DNA of 64,000 bases, from NCBI GenBank assembly GCA_028534125.1, contig CM052818.1, forward strand, positions 19,904,001 to 19,968,000, written 5' to 3'. The first letter of the stretch is position 1; each line of letters begins with the position of its first letter. The DNA comes from Lama glama. Taxonomy: Eukaryota. The position numbers were made by a program, and so were the translations under genes. This document shows, one piece after another, positions 52,833-64,000 of this stretch. Under the pieces are notes generated by a model. That model was not told the DNA's origin and made no database searches. It saw nothing but the letters and a program-made list of their open reading frames with translations.

Positions 52833-53846
52833 GAACCGAGACTGTGGAAGCTGGAGAGGCCTACCTAAGCCCTATCTGGGCTTGGAGAGGATGTCCTCCG
52901 TCACCGACTGGAGCACGTCAGCCTGGTGGCCGATGTCACACTCATAAAGACCACCTGGCAAATTTTCCTTGCTCTGGTTTCTCATGAAACAACCTTTGGA
53001 TTTGGCTTCCCATGCGATTCACATACAAGGAAAGAAGGCCGTGACCTGCCAACATGACAGCTGTATTTTTCATCAGTAAGTTAATAAACTGGCTGCCTGG
53101 GTTCACACATGTATTTGTGTCTGATGGCTTGGTTAATGTGAGCCCACCCCAGAGCTGAAGCCCACCGTGTGCCAACTGAATTGAGATTCTGGGCATGCAA
53201 GAGTAGCCCCCAGCCGAGGCCTGTGTGCCAAGGAAATTCCTCTTGGCCTCCTCTGGGTCAGCTTGGCTTGCCTTCCTCAGTGACAGCCTGGCTCTTTGGA
53301 TTCAAGCTGCCTGGTCAGACTGCGAGGGTCATCTGCAGAAAGAAAGAAGCCACAGTGCCAGGTTCCAGTGCGCGTTCCAAGTTCCACATTCTGTGTACAG
53401 ATGCCTGGCGCCAGAGCAGAGAGGCTGGCTCTTGGCAGGGGACTGGTAAGGATTCGTCTGGTACATTTTTTTCCTCTACACACTTAACCTGGGGCTTCCT
53501 GGATCTCCCACTCTCTCTGCTTTCATTCACAGTGGCTCCCAACTGCTGACCAGCAGGGTTACTCATGGAGCCCTTTTTTAAAAAAAGATACTTAATGGAC
53601 TTGGGTTATTTGGGAGCAGAGCATGTTTTGCTCTGTTTACAAAAGTGCAGTTTAAGAAAAACTACATCCTAAAATAATGGGGAAGGGTTGGGCTAAATCA
53701 TTTTCTTTTTAACTTCTGGTGTAAGATTTGTAAGGTTGAACGCAAAGTCTTGGTCTTTGTCACAAACACTGAGTTGTTTTTCCGTCAAGCTTGGTGAGTG
53801 GTGCATCTTTTGGGGAGAGCATTCTCTCTCTGCCCCCTCCCTTAAC

Positions 53847-53919
53847 GAGGTACTGGGAATTGAACCCAGGACCTCATGCACACCAAGCACATGCTCCAGC
53901 ACTGAGCTGTACCCTCTAG
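53847..53919 (-). mobile_element. tRNA-Ala-derived SINE head (camelid vic-1-like)
   Basis: Reverse complement GAGGGTACAGCTCAGTGCTGGAGCATGTGCTTGGTGTGCATGAGGTCCTGGGTTCAATTCCCAGTACCTC, with Pol III A-box-like and B-box (GGTTCAATTCC) motifs. Confidence 0.8.
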
Positions 53920-54764
53920 CCTTCTTTTATTCTTTAATTGTAAAAAATATGTAGCATGAAATCTATCCTCTTAAGCTTTTAAGTCTACAGTACAGTATTA
54001 GCTCTGTGTACACTGTTGTACAACAAACCTCTAGGACTTTTTCATCTTGCATGATTGAAACTCTATACCCATTAAGCAGCAACTTCCTAGTTTCCCTCCA
54101 CCTAGCCCTTGGCAACCATCATTCTATTTTATGCCCCTATGAATTTGACTACTTTAGATACTTCGTTTAAGTATTATCATGCAATATTTGTGCTGTGACT
54201 AGCTTATTTCACGTAGCATAATGTCCTCAGAGTTCATCCAGGATGTAGCACATGACAGAATTTCCTTGTCATATTTAAGGCAAAATATTTCGTTGTATGT
54301 ATATGCAACACTTTCTTTATTCATTCAATCGTCAGTAGGCACTTAGATTGTTTACACCTCTTGGCTGTTGTGAATAGTGCTGCAATACACATGAGAATGC
54401 AAATATACTGAGATCCTGTTTTCAGTTCTTTTGGATAAATATGGAGAAGTGGACTGTTGGATCATATAATAGTGTTTAATCCATTTTGAGTTGATTTCTG
54501 TATACGATGCAAGATAAGGGTCCAATTTTATTTTTTTGCATGGGGATATTTAGTTTTCCTAGTACCATTTGTTGAAGAGACTATCCTTTCTCTATTTTGT
54601 AGTCTTGGCATCCTTGTTGAAGATCATTTTACTGCATTTGTGTGGGTTTATTTCTAGGCTCTCTAGTCTGTTATGTTGATTATCTGTCTGCCAGTACCAA
54701 ACTGTTTTGATTTCTGTAGGTTTGTAATATATTTTGAAGTTAGGAGTGTGAGGCCTCCAGTTTT

Positions 54765-56228
54765 TTTTTAAACATTTTTTATTGATTTATAATCATTTTA
54801 CAATGTTGTGTCAAATTCCAGTGTAGAGCACAATTTTTCAGTTATGCATGAACATATATATATTCATTGTCACATTTTTTTCTCTGTGAGCTACCATAAG
54901 ATGTTGTATATATCTCCCTGTGCTGTACAGTATAATCTTGTTTATCTATTCTACAATTCTGAAATCCCGTCTATCCCTTCCCACCCTCCACCCCCTTGGC
55001 AACCACAAGTTTGTATTCTATGTCTATGAGTCTGTTTCTGTTTTGTATTTATGCTTTGTTTGTTTGTTTGTTTGTTTGTTTAGATTCCACATATGAGCGA
55101 TCTCATATGGTATTTTTCTTTCTCTTTCTGGCTTACTTCACTTAGAATGACATNNNNNNNNNNNNNNNNNNNNNNNNNNNNNNNNNNNNNNNNNNNNNNN
55201 NNNNNNNNNNNNNNNNNNNNNNNNNNNNNNNNNNNNNNNNNNNNNNNNNNNNNNNNNNNNNNNNNNNNNNNNNNNNNNNNNNNNNNNNNNNNNNNNNNNN
55301 NNNNNNNNNNNNNNNNNNNNNNNNNNNNNNNNNNNNNNNNNNNNNNNNNNNNNNNNNNNNNNNNNNNNNNNNNNNNNNNNNNNNNNNNNNNNNNNNNNNN
55401 NNNNNNNNNNNNNNNNNNNNNNNNNNNNNNNNNNNNNNNNNNNNNNNNNNNNNNNNNNNNNNNNNNNNNNNNNNNNNNNNNNNNNNNNNNNNNNNNNNNN
55501 NNNNNNNNNNNNNNNNNNNNNNNNNNNNNNNNNNNNNNNNNNNNNNNNNNNNNNNNNNNNNNNNNNNNNNNNNNNNNNNNNNNNNNNNNNNNNNNNNNNN
55601 NNNNNNNNNNNNNNNNNNNNNNNNNNNNNNNNNNNNNNNNNNNNNNNNNNNNNTGGCCATTCTGCCTGGTGTGAGGTGATACCTCATTGTAGTTTTGATT
55701 TGCATTTCTCTGGTAATTGGTGATATTGAGCATTTTTCCATGTGCCTATTGGTCATTTGTATGTCTTCCTTGGAGAATTGCTTGTTTAGGTCTTTTGCCC
55801 ATTTTTGGATTGGGTTGTTTGGTTGTTTCTTATTAAGTTGTATGAGCTGCTTATATATTCTGGAGATCAAGCCTTTGTCAGTTTCATTTGCAATAATTTT
55901 CTCCCATTCCGTAGGTTGTCTTTTTGTTTTACTTATGGTTTCCTTTGCTGTGCAGAAACTTGTAAGTTTAATTAGGTCCCATTTGTTTATTCTTGCTTTT
56001 ATTTCTATTGCTTGGGTAGACTGCCCTAGGAGAGCATTTTTGAGATGTATGTGAGATAATGTTTTGCCTGTATTTTCTTCTAGGAGGTTTATTGTATCTT
56101 GCCTTATGTTTACGTCTTTAATCCATTTTGAGTTTATTTTTGTGTATGGTGTAAAGGAGTGTTCTAGCTTCATTGCTTTATATGCTGCTGTCCAGTTTTC
56201 TCAACACCATTTGCTGAAGAGACTGTCT
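54765..56228 (-). mobile_element. Younger 5'-truncated L1 with an 18-bp target site duplication
   Basis: Open ORF2 C-terminal frame ([29 protein letters not shown]...[14 protein letters not shown]); T-rich tail near 54761; TSD tgtgaggcctccagtttt at 54747-54764 and 56229-56246. Confidence 0.92.
55154..55653. other. Assembly gap (500 N) inside the young L1
   Basis: Run of N. Confidence 0.99.
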
Positions 56229-58244
56229 TGTGAGGCCTCCAGTTTTGTTCTCTCTCAGAATTGTTTTGACTGTTCAGGGTCCTTTGTGGTTCTGTATGAA
56301 TTTTAGGATTGTTTTTTCTGTTTCTTCAAAAATGCCATTGGGACTTTGAGAGAGATAGCATTCTATTTGTAGATCACTTTGGGTAGTATGAACAGTATTT
56401 ATTTTTGTAATCCATGAACACAGAATGTCTTCCTATTTGTTTGCATCTTTAATTTCCTTCAGGAGTGATTTGTAGTGTTTACAGTACAATTGTTTAGCTT
56501 CCATGGTTAAATTTATTCCTAGTATTTGTTCTTTTTGATGATATTGTAAATGAATTGTTTTCTTAATTTTCTTTTTGGATTATTTATTTTTTAGTGTATA
56601 GAAACACAACTAGTTTACAAAAATCATTGTTAGTTTTGTATCTTGCAACTGTGCTGAATTTAAGTTCTAACATTTTGTGTGTGTGTGTGAAATTGTTAGG
56701 GTTTTCTAGATATAAGATCATGACACTTGGGAATAAAGATAATTTTATTTCTTTCTTTCCAATTTGGATATCTTTTATGTTTTTCTCTTGTCTAATTGCT
56801 ACAGCGAGGACTTCCAATACTCTCTTGAATAGAAGTGGCAGGAGTGAGTATCCTTGCCTTATTCCTGGTGTTAGAAGAAAAACCTTCAGATTTTCACTGT
56901 TGAGTATGAATGATTTTAGCTGTGGGCTTTTCATATGTGACCTCCATTATACTGAGATAATTTCCTTCTATTCCTAATTTGTTGAGGATATTTTGTCAAA
57001 AAGGTTTAATTTTGTCAAATGCTTTTTCTGCACTATTGAGATGATCATGTGATTTTATCTTTCATTCTATTAATGTGGTGTATTGCATTGATTGATTTTT
57101 GTATGTTTGACCGTCCTTGTACCCCAGGGATAAATCCCACTTGGTCACAGTGTATGATTCTTTTAATGTGCTATTGAATTCAGCTTGCTAGTATTTTGTT
57201 GAGGATTTCTGTATCTATGATCATTAGGGATAGTGGCCTCCAGTTTTCTTTTCCTGTAGTGTCTTTTTCTGGCTTTGGTATCTGGACAATGCTGACCTCT
57301 TAAGATGAGCTTAGAAGTGTTTTCTCCTCTTTAATTTTTTGGCAGCATTTGTGAGGAGCTGGCATTAATTTAAGCTTTTTGTTTTTGTTTTTAGAATTGT
57401 CCAGTGAAGCTATCTGGTCCTGGGCTTTTTTGTTGTCGTCGTTGGGAGGTTTTGACTACTGATTCAGTCTCCTTACTAGTTACAGATATGTTCATATTTT
57501 CTGTTTCTTTATGAGTTGGTCTTGGTAGGTTGTATGTTTCTAGGAATTTATCCATTTCTTTTAGGATTTCAAATTTGTTGGTGTCTGATTTTTCATAGCC
57601 TTAGAATCCTTTTTATTTCTGTGGCATCACTAATAATGTCTCCTCTTTCATTTCTGATTTTATCTATTTGAATCTTCTCTTTTTTTCTTAGTTTAGCTAT
57701 AAGTTGTCAGTTTTGTTTATCTTTTCAAAAACCAGCTCTTAGTTTTATTATTTCTTTGCATTTCTCTATTTCATTTATTTCTCCTCTAGTCTTTATTATT
57801 TCCTGCCTTCTCCTAATCTGGGGCCTAGTTCTTCTTTTCCTAGTTCCATGCTCTCAGCGTGCTGTCTGTGTACTGAACCATCACTGACTAGATATCTTCT
57901 GGAGGTATGCCCTAATTGTCTCATTATTATTGATGACAAAATGGTGGTGAGTGTAGTGGAGATGGATCTCTGGAAACACAGGTTTGAGTCTCTGTTCTTT
58001 TACGGTTGGACCTTGGACAGGTTGCTTTTCCTTTCTGGGCCTCAGTTTCCTTTTCTGTGAAATGAGTCATGAATAGAAGGTCTCTATAATCCTTCCCTTT
58101 GGATTCTGACTGTCTCCTTCCTCCTCTCATGCACGCCACAGCTCAGAAAGTGGAACTGTGGAGACACTCCTGAAACTCTGCCCTAAGTCAAAGGAACCAG
58201 AGGGTCCACCAGTTCTCCCCCCGCCTCCCTTTCCAAGAGCAGCC

Positions 58245-58925
58245 ATGGCCCTGAGTGATGTCGATGTGCAGAAGCAGATTAAGCACATGATGGCTTTCAT
58301 TGAGCAGGAAGCCAATGAGAAGGTAGAAGAAATAGATGCCAAGGCTGAGGAAGAATTCAACATCGAGAAAGGACGCCTTGTGCAAACCCAGCGACTCAAG
58401 ATTATGGAGTATTATGAAAAGAAAGAGAAGCAGATAGAGCAGCAGAAGAAAATCCAGATGTCTACCATGAGGAACCAGGCAAGGCTGAAAGTCCTGAGAG
58501 CCCAAGATGACCTTATCTCAGAGTTGCTGAATGATGCAAAGCTGAGACTCAGCAGGATTGTGGCAGATCCAAAAGTCTACCAGGGGCTGCTGGATAAACT
58601 GGTGCTCCAAGGTCTGCTCCGACTGCTGGAGCCCGTGGTGATTGTGCGCTGCAGGCCACAGGACCTCCTCTTGGTGAAGGCTGCAGTGCAAAAAGCCATC
58701 CCCCAATACACAGCAGTTTCCCACAAATGTGTGGAAGTCCAAGTTGACCAAGGAGTGCAACTGGCCACAAATGCAGCTGGAGGTGTGGAGATCTACAGTG
58801 GCAATCAGAGAATAAAGGTCTCCAATACTCTAGAAAGTCGCCTGGATCTCTTATCCCAACAAAAGATGCCAGAAATACGAAAGGCCTTGTTTGGAGCCAA
58901 TGCTAACAGGAAGTTTTTTATATAA
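58245..58925 (+). CDS. ATP6V1E2: V-type proton ATPase subunit E2 (testis-type), intronless CDS, 226 aa
   Basis: gccATGG Kozak context; [63 protein letters not shown]...[13 protein letters not shown]. Uninterrupted 681 nt; known synteny with RHOQ. The ORF track starts at an upstream GTG (58158). Confidence 0.97.
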   Translation: MALSDVDVQKQIKHMMAFIEQEANEKVEEIDAKAEEEFNIEKGRLVQTQRLKIMEYYEKKEKQIEQQKKIQMSTMRNQARLKVLRAQDDLISELLNDAKLRLSRIVADPKVYQGLLDKLVLQGLLRLLEPVVIVRCRPQDLLLVKAAVQKAIPQYTAVSHKCVEVQVDQGVQLATNAAGGVEIYSGNQRIKVSNTLESRLDLLSQQKMPEIRKALFGANANRKFFI

Positions 58926-59081
58926 AGCTCTGGGAAATGACGTTTATGTTGAACTTCTAAACCATAAAAGCATAAGTTATTAAGGCAAAGGAAACTAGTA
59001 ATATTTCCAACTCTTTTTTGCTCTGGTATTAGTCTGTCCTCGTGAAATACCCTTTGACTAGCTAAAGGCACTATACTTTGG

Positions 59082-59087
59082 AATAAA
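59082..59087 (+). terminator. ATP6V1E2: Likely ATP6V1E2 polyadenylation signal
   Basis: AATAAA about 155 nt after the stop codon. Confidence 0.7.
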
Positions 59088-59347
59088 GCCTGGCTTATTA
59101 CTTAAAAACCTAATTCCAGTTTATCTATACCTACCACCACTTCTGGTCAGATCTGCAGTCTGGGTTGAAGGCAGTAGAGACATCGGCTCTTTAGCTCGTC
59201 CTCCGGGTGAGATGTGGATGGTATTCTTGACCTGAGTCTGAGTGTTCTGAATTTTGTTAATATGTATGTGAAGTGTTTTTTATTCTTTTTTCTCAGCTTC
59301 TTGTACTTACGTGATTTAGTGAGGTTCAGCACTCTTCTTTGTGTGTA

Positions 59348-60443
59348 CAGGGCGAACTTCATGGGCATATGATGCGCACAGTCATACAGGGCTCCATGAT
59401 CGGAAGAGCCCGGCACTTGGGATTAACACTCTGTAGCCACTGCCTTAAAATTCTTAATTTTAGTTTTGAATGTGTGCTCTGTAAGTGAAGCTCAGTGGGA
59501 CTTTGGAGCCTGTGCCAGAGACTTGGGCCTTGGCCCATGTGTAGAACCAACTCCTGAAGCCTACACATCTCCCTGGGATGGGTTCTTGCCACCCATTTCC
59601 CAGCTCCCTGGTGCCCCAAGACCCAGCCTTTCCCTCCCTCACCCAGTGAACATTGCTGCCCTCTGCCCGTGGTGAGGGCCTGATGTGCATGCTGGGAGGG
59701 TCAGGGTGGGGTGTGTATGCTCTGCAGGGTCTTAGGGCTGGGCATGATGGTGGCCATCTCTGCCTCACATGGACAGCTCCATGGCACTTTCAGCTGGTTA
59801 TTTGGTGAGGGCGGGTCTCTCGCCCACCAGATACTGAGCACTTCTCTGGAAGTTTAAAGACCCTGCGATTCACCTGTCTTGCTGTGGGTTGGGTCAGCCA
59901 GCCTACTGAAGTGGGAGATATCCGGCTTGACTTCCCTGACCCCAGCCTGGGCACGGCATATAGATCTGGGGGCGGGTGGGAAGGAGGGCCCAGCAGTAGT
60001 CAAGGTTGCTGGGCCTGAGTCTCAGGGCAGGACCTTCAGGAGCTTATGAGGATCTACACTTGCAGTGTAAAGTATCCCGTGCCCGATGGAGTTCTCCACT
60101 AGACAACTCAGCGCCCGGGTGGGGGGCTCAGGCTCATCTCGTGTGGCCTGCTTGATGCATCTTCCAGGAGAAGCCAAGAAATACAGGCATTTTTTACAGT
60201 CTCCATCTGGGCAGTGCACAAAAGAGAAATAAATGATAAAATTCATGCTAAGGATTTTAAATTGTAATTTTTGTCCACTTAGACATTAAATAGCGAATAA
60301 ATACCATGACAAGCCAGAAGAGAGACTGCCGAAGAAAAGAGAAAGCTTTCAAAGTATTTTAGTACCTTTACCTGTACTTTTTGAACAAAAGATTCCACAT
60401 TTTCATTTTACATTGGGTGCCACAAATTATGTAGCTGGTTCTG
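59348..60443 (+). mobile_element. MER45B/C-like hAT-Tip100 DNA transposon, both ends present
   Basis: Starts cagggcgaacttcatgggc and ends cattttcattttacattgggtgccacaaattatgtagctggttctg, as in MER45 termini; 8-bp flanks tgtgtgta / tgtgtgtg. Confidence 0.82.
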
Positions 60444-61024
60444 TGTGTGTGTGGTAATTTGAGGTCTAATTTATGCCTGAGTGTGATTTATGTATTAAAA
60501 TAGAAGGGTTTTTTTTTTTTCTTGAAGAGAAGAGCCCCCAAGCAACTCTCCCAAGGCAGAGGTTGTCTTACGTGCTCAGGACTGTATAAGGAACAGAGAT
60601 CCCATGAAGCTCAAACACAGAGGAGGAGGCAGGTTATTATAAACAGAAGCTCAGGACCAGGATCTGTCACAGTCTCAGGGATGGGCTGAAACCGGGAATC
60701 AGAAAGCTGTCTGAAATCCTCTAGATGGCTACTTCATTTTCTTTTTTAAGAAGTAACTTTCTCTATTGTCCAGTTTAAATGGTGGAGTTTGTATACCCCA
60801 CAAACTTTACATCCCAGTTTACATGTTGTAGTATCAGAAACAAATTTGCTTTTCTTAGAATCAATTCCTCTTCTCTGAGAGGGAATCCATGTGGCCCAGC
60901 TCAGATCAGATGTCCACCTGTAGTCCTGCTGGTGTCTGGGGGCAGTTCAAGGAGCAAAGGGGATCTTTGTCAGTAGGACAGAATCCTCAAAGGGTGTCTT
61001 CTATATGGGTCCCTTTTGAGTTGT

Positions 61025-61700
61025 GAATTCAGTCATTGATCGAACATTTTCTGAATGCCAGCAATGAGCTGAGCCCTGTGCTAGCTGCTGGGCTGCAAAG
61101 AATACCATTTGATCCTGTCCTTTCACTAAGGTCATGAACAGATGATAGCATGGTGGTGATACAATGTGGAAGTGCCATCCTAGTGCTGGATACAAGTTAT
61201 GGTGGGAATACAGTGACAGGTAGAGAGAGAGAGAGTCACAGAGGCTTCTGGGGGTGTTGGCAATTGAGCTGGGGAAAGAACTTCAGGCAAAGTGTTTTAG
61301 GGGGAGCGGAGAGCACATGCAAAGGTCCTGAGGTGTGAACAAGCAAGTTGTGTTAGAGGACCCGTGTGTAGTTCAGTGTGATGGCGTGTGATGGGTGAGG
61401 GGAAGTGATGCAGATGGGGCTGGAAAGATAGACAGAACCTGATAACATGGTGCTGTGTGCCCTGCTTGGGAATTAGACTATTTCTGCTGGTGGTGGGAGG
61501 AGGGGAGGTGATAAGGGCTCACTGAAAGACTTTAAATACAAGTGAAACCAGAAGAGCAGGGTTTTTAAAACATTATTCTAGTGCCACTGTCTGGAGGACA
61601 CACTGGAGGTAAGGAGACTGGAGGTAGGAGCCCACTTGGGGAACTGTTCATCAGCCCCAGTGGGAGATGACAAATAATCTACCCAGATCTTTGGTGAGGC
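61025..61700 (-). mobile_element. L2 LINE fragment
   Basis: ttcagtcattgatcgaacattttctgaatgcc 3'-end signature; gagcacatgcaaaggtcctgaggtgtga L2 body motif. Confidence 0.65.
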
Positions 61701-64000
61701 AGGTCAAATTCATTGATGCACAGGCTGAGATGAGAACCAGTGACCTCTATCCTATCCACTCCTGCCTCCACTCCTTCCACCCCAGTAAATCCTCTCACTC
61801 GTCCAGGGCTTGAGGCCATCCACTGCAGTTTCACACCATCTTACAAGTCCCCCTGGACTCCCCCTTCTCTCCTAGCCATCATTCTAGGCTCAGCCAAGCA
61901 TTCCCTGCCCAGCTGCCCAAGCCCCCACCTCCCCCAGCTTCCCCTTCTAGGAACTTGAACCCCACTTCCAGCTGTAACCAGGAGTATCTGTTCACCCTGG
62001 ATGACCCCCAGCTCTGGCCCTCTGAGCTGGGCTCAATCTGTTATTGGGCCCCCCAACATTAATTCATGCCCCCCAAAGTTGACATTAATTCCTCTCCCCC
62101 TCAAAATAGTTTTAGTGAAAGGTTTTGTGGGAGATTGAGGAGAGCTTTGTACAGTACCTGTGGGGCAAAATTTCCCCCAGTCCCACTTAAACATCTGTTT
62201 TCCCAACCTTTTCTCTCTCCCAGAGCTGCTGGATACTGTCTCTTTCTCTCCAACCTCCTTCTCCTTGGTCTCTTAACACATGGGTTCCAGTTTCCACCCC
62301 CATAATGTCCTCTCAGCAGAACAAAAACTGGTAGCGAACCCAGCCTGCCCTCCCAGCCCTGCTGCCAGGAGCGCAGCCCCATGGGTGAGGACTTGCCACG
62401 CATTGCCTTTATTTCCCATCAGCTGCTTTGCCCATCGTTTAGACACAGCACCTTGCAGGCAGGGACTGAGTCTTTATCCTCTGCGGTCCCTGCTGCCTTG
62501 TTCTTTTAGTGCTGATACTGGGTGTGCACGTAATAGGATCTGAATAGACATTTATGTTCGTTATGTTCTTCTTTCCCAGACTGGCTCTGGTTTCTGGAAA
62601 CGCTTCCAGAGTCTCTCTCCTCTTCGCCCATAGATTGTGCCATAGGAAGAGGCAGTTATGTGAGCTGGGGCCCCAGGGAAGGGTGCCCGGACTGTAACCC
62701 AGGGATGGTGCTTGATGAGAAAATCTTTCTCTATGGTTTCTGGGGAGAGGGTAGGGGGAAGGCCGCAGTGATCGGAGCGTGAACTCAAGCAGGACTCACT
62801 TCAGTCAGTGTTTGCTTACCTCCTGGACAAACCTAGGGTGTATTGCATCCCTTCCCTCCCTGGGAAACAAATGGGAAGGGCTCTACTTTGGGCCTGGGTG
62901 CAAAGGTAGGAGGCTGTGGGCAGGCTGGGTCCTCCCTAGGGGCCTCGGCAATGGAGAGGGAAATCTTAGCCCTCACCTTTCTGTAGCCCCCAGTGCTACT
63001 CTTGACCTATCGGGTAGGCTGCTTGTCGCCATCCTCACCCTTCTGACAGCTGCACTCCTGTCGGGATCTTTGCTTTAGAAATGTCTGCACTGGGCACTTG
63101 GTGTTAGTTGCCTGGTGCAAACTCGCACACATTCTTTTTATTAGCGTTAACCGTCCTACCCTCAAGAAGGCGTGTTCCTTGTGTAAGCTCCTCAGTCCCC
63201 GTGAGCCAAAAGGAGCAAACTGTTACAACCGCAGGCAGGCACAGCCCTTCCCCACTGCTCTCCTCATTAACACTTCCTCCCGAGGTGCAAGGGAAGCTGT
63301 TTGCTGCTGACGCAGACTCAGGCTGTGCTGATAGCGAGGCTGCTTCTATAGGCTCACTCCCTGCTCAGGGAGGGCTGGGGGAATTCGAACATGGTGCAGG
63401 AATCCTGTTGGCCGGGGTCTCCTGATGGAGGGAGAGTATAGATTTAGTTCTGATCCTGAGCTGCCTAGAGAGCCAGAAATGGAGAAGATGCTTTGAGCGC
63501 GTCATAGAATTTCAGAGAAGGCAGGGAATAGACCAGCCGAACAGGAAATGCTGCAGGGCTTCCTCTCTGTCCTGGGGTCCCAACATCCCCGAAAGGGGGT
63601 CAACAGATCTACACTGAGCCAACCCCAAACCCCATGCCTCTGGGGAGCTAGTGCGGCCCCTCGCTGAACTCCACCCGGAGATGGCTCAAGTGTCAGCCCC
63701 CTTCCTCTGCTTCTGCATCCTTTCCTGCACCCTCCCGGTTTATTACCTCATCTCTGATATCATGCCTGCTTTTGACAACACTGGGGAAAAAATTTAGTCT
63801 CTCCTCTCACCCCTGCCTTCCTAAGCGCTCTTCTAAGGCGTGATAAACCCTGGCTCTCTCACAGCACCCAGCTCTCCCACACAGCCTCACAGCTCACCCA
63901 AGGCCTCTTCCTGCAGGACAGCATCCCTTCCACCAGGAGGCAGGCTACTTCATTCTCTCGTGCAGGTGCAGCAAAAGGGCTCCCCGGCTCTGAGAGACAG

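Larger units (their letters stand above)
53925..57845 (-). mobile_element. Older L1 (3' UTR and degenerate ORF2) hosting a younger L1
   Basis: Minus-strand ORF 56584-56934 (GIRQGYSLLPLLF...EIKLSLFPSVMILYLENP) is a decayed L1 reverse transcriptase segment; L1 3' UTR at about 53925-54470. Confidence 0.9.

Noticed and set aside
53847..53919. Possible tRNA-Ala gene
   Set aside because: The A box and acceptor stem are degenerate and the sequence fits a tRNA-derived SINE better than a functional tRNA.
55080..56173. 193-343 aa ORFs around the second gap
   Set aside because: L1 ORF2 remnant plus N padding, not a host gene.
58245..58925. Processed pseudogene of ATP6V1E1
   Set aside because: The ORF is intact and full-length with Kozak context, upstream acceptor and poly(A) signal, at the syntenic position of functional ATP6V1E2.
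63930..63943. CTCF-like motif CCACCAGGAGGCAG (weaker matches near 42455 and 42495)
   Set aside because: Short motif matches are expected by chance in 64 kb and cannot be supported without ChIP or conservation data.
1..64000. CRISPR arrays, prokaryotic operons, rRNA, snoRNA or a novel multi-gene system
   Set aside because: The window is mammalian. I recognised no repeat-spacer array or structured RNA gene, and all convincing coding signal is explained by RHOQ, PIGF, ATP6V1E2 and L1.

Overview
Mammalian genomic DNA, probably a camelid judging by a vic-1-like tRNA-Ala SINE, covering the conserved PIGF-RHOQ-ATP6V1E2 locus. The minus strand holds the complete 5-exon RHOQ (TC10) gene: CDS pieces 38852-38711, 38159-38101, 11174-11010, 10696-10601 and 7221-7066, totalling 618 nt or 205 aa. 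Its last exon appears twice, on either side of a 500-N gap, which is most likely an assembly artefact. The plus strand holds the terminal coding exon of PIGF (5846-5959), nested antisense in the RHOQ 3' UTR, and the intronless CDS of the ATP6V1E2 retrogene (58245-58925). ATP6V1E2 is probably driven from the RHOQ CpG island about 19 kb away through short non-coding exons. The rest is intronic or intergenic and rich in L1, HAL1, L2, MIR, LTR and DNA-transposon relics; repeat family names and boundaries are by eye. I found no convincing new biological system. The best second-look items are an out-of-frame uORF that spans the RHOQ start codon and ends in a TGATG stop/start overlap at Met9, the RHOQ/PIGF antisense overlap, and a candidate ATP6V1E2 5' UTR exon chain.
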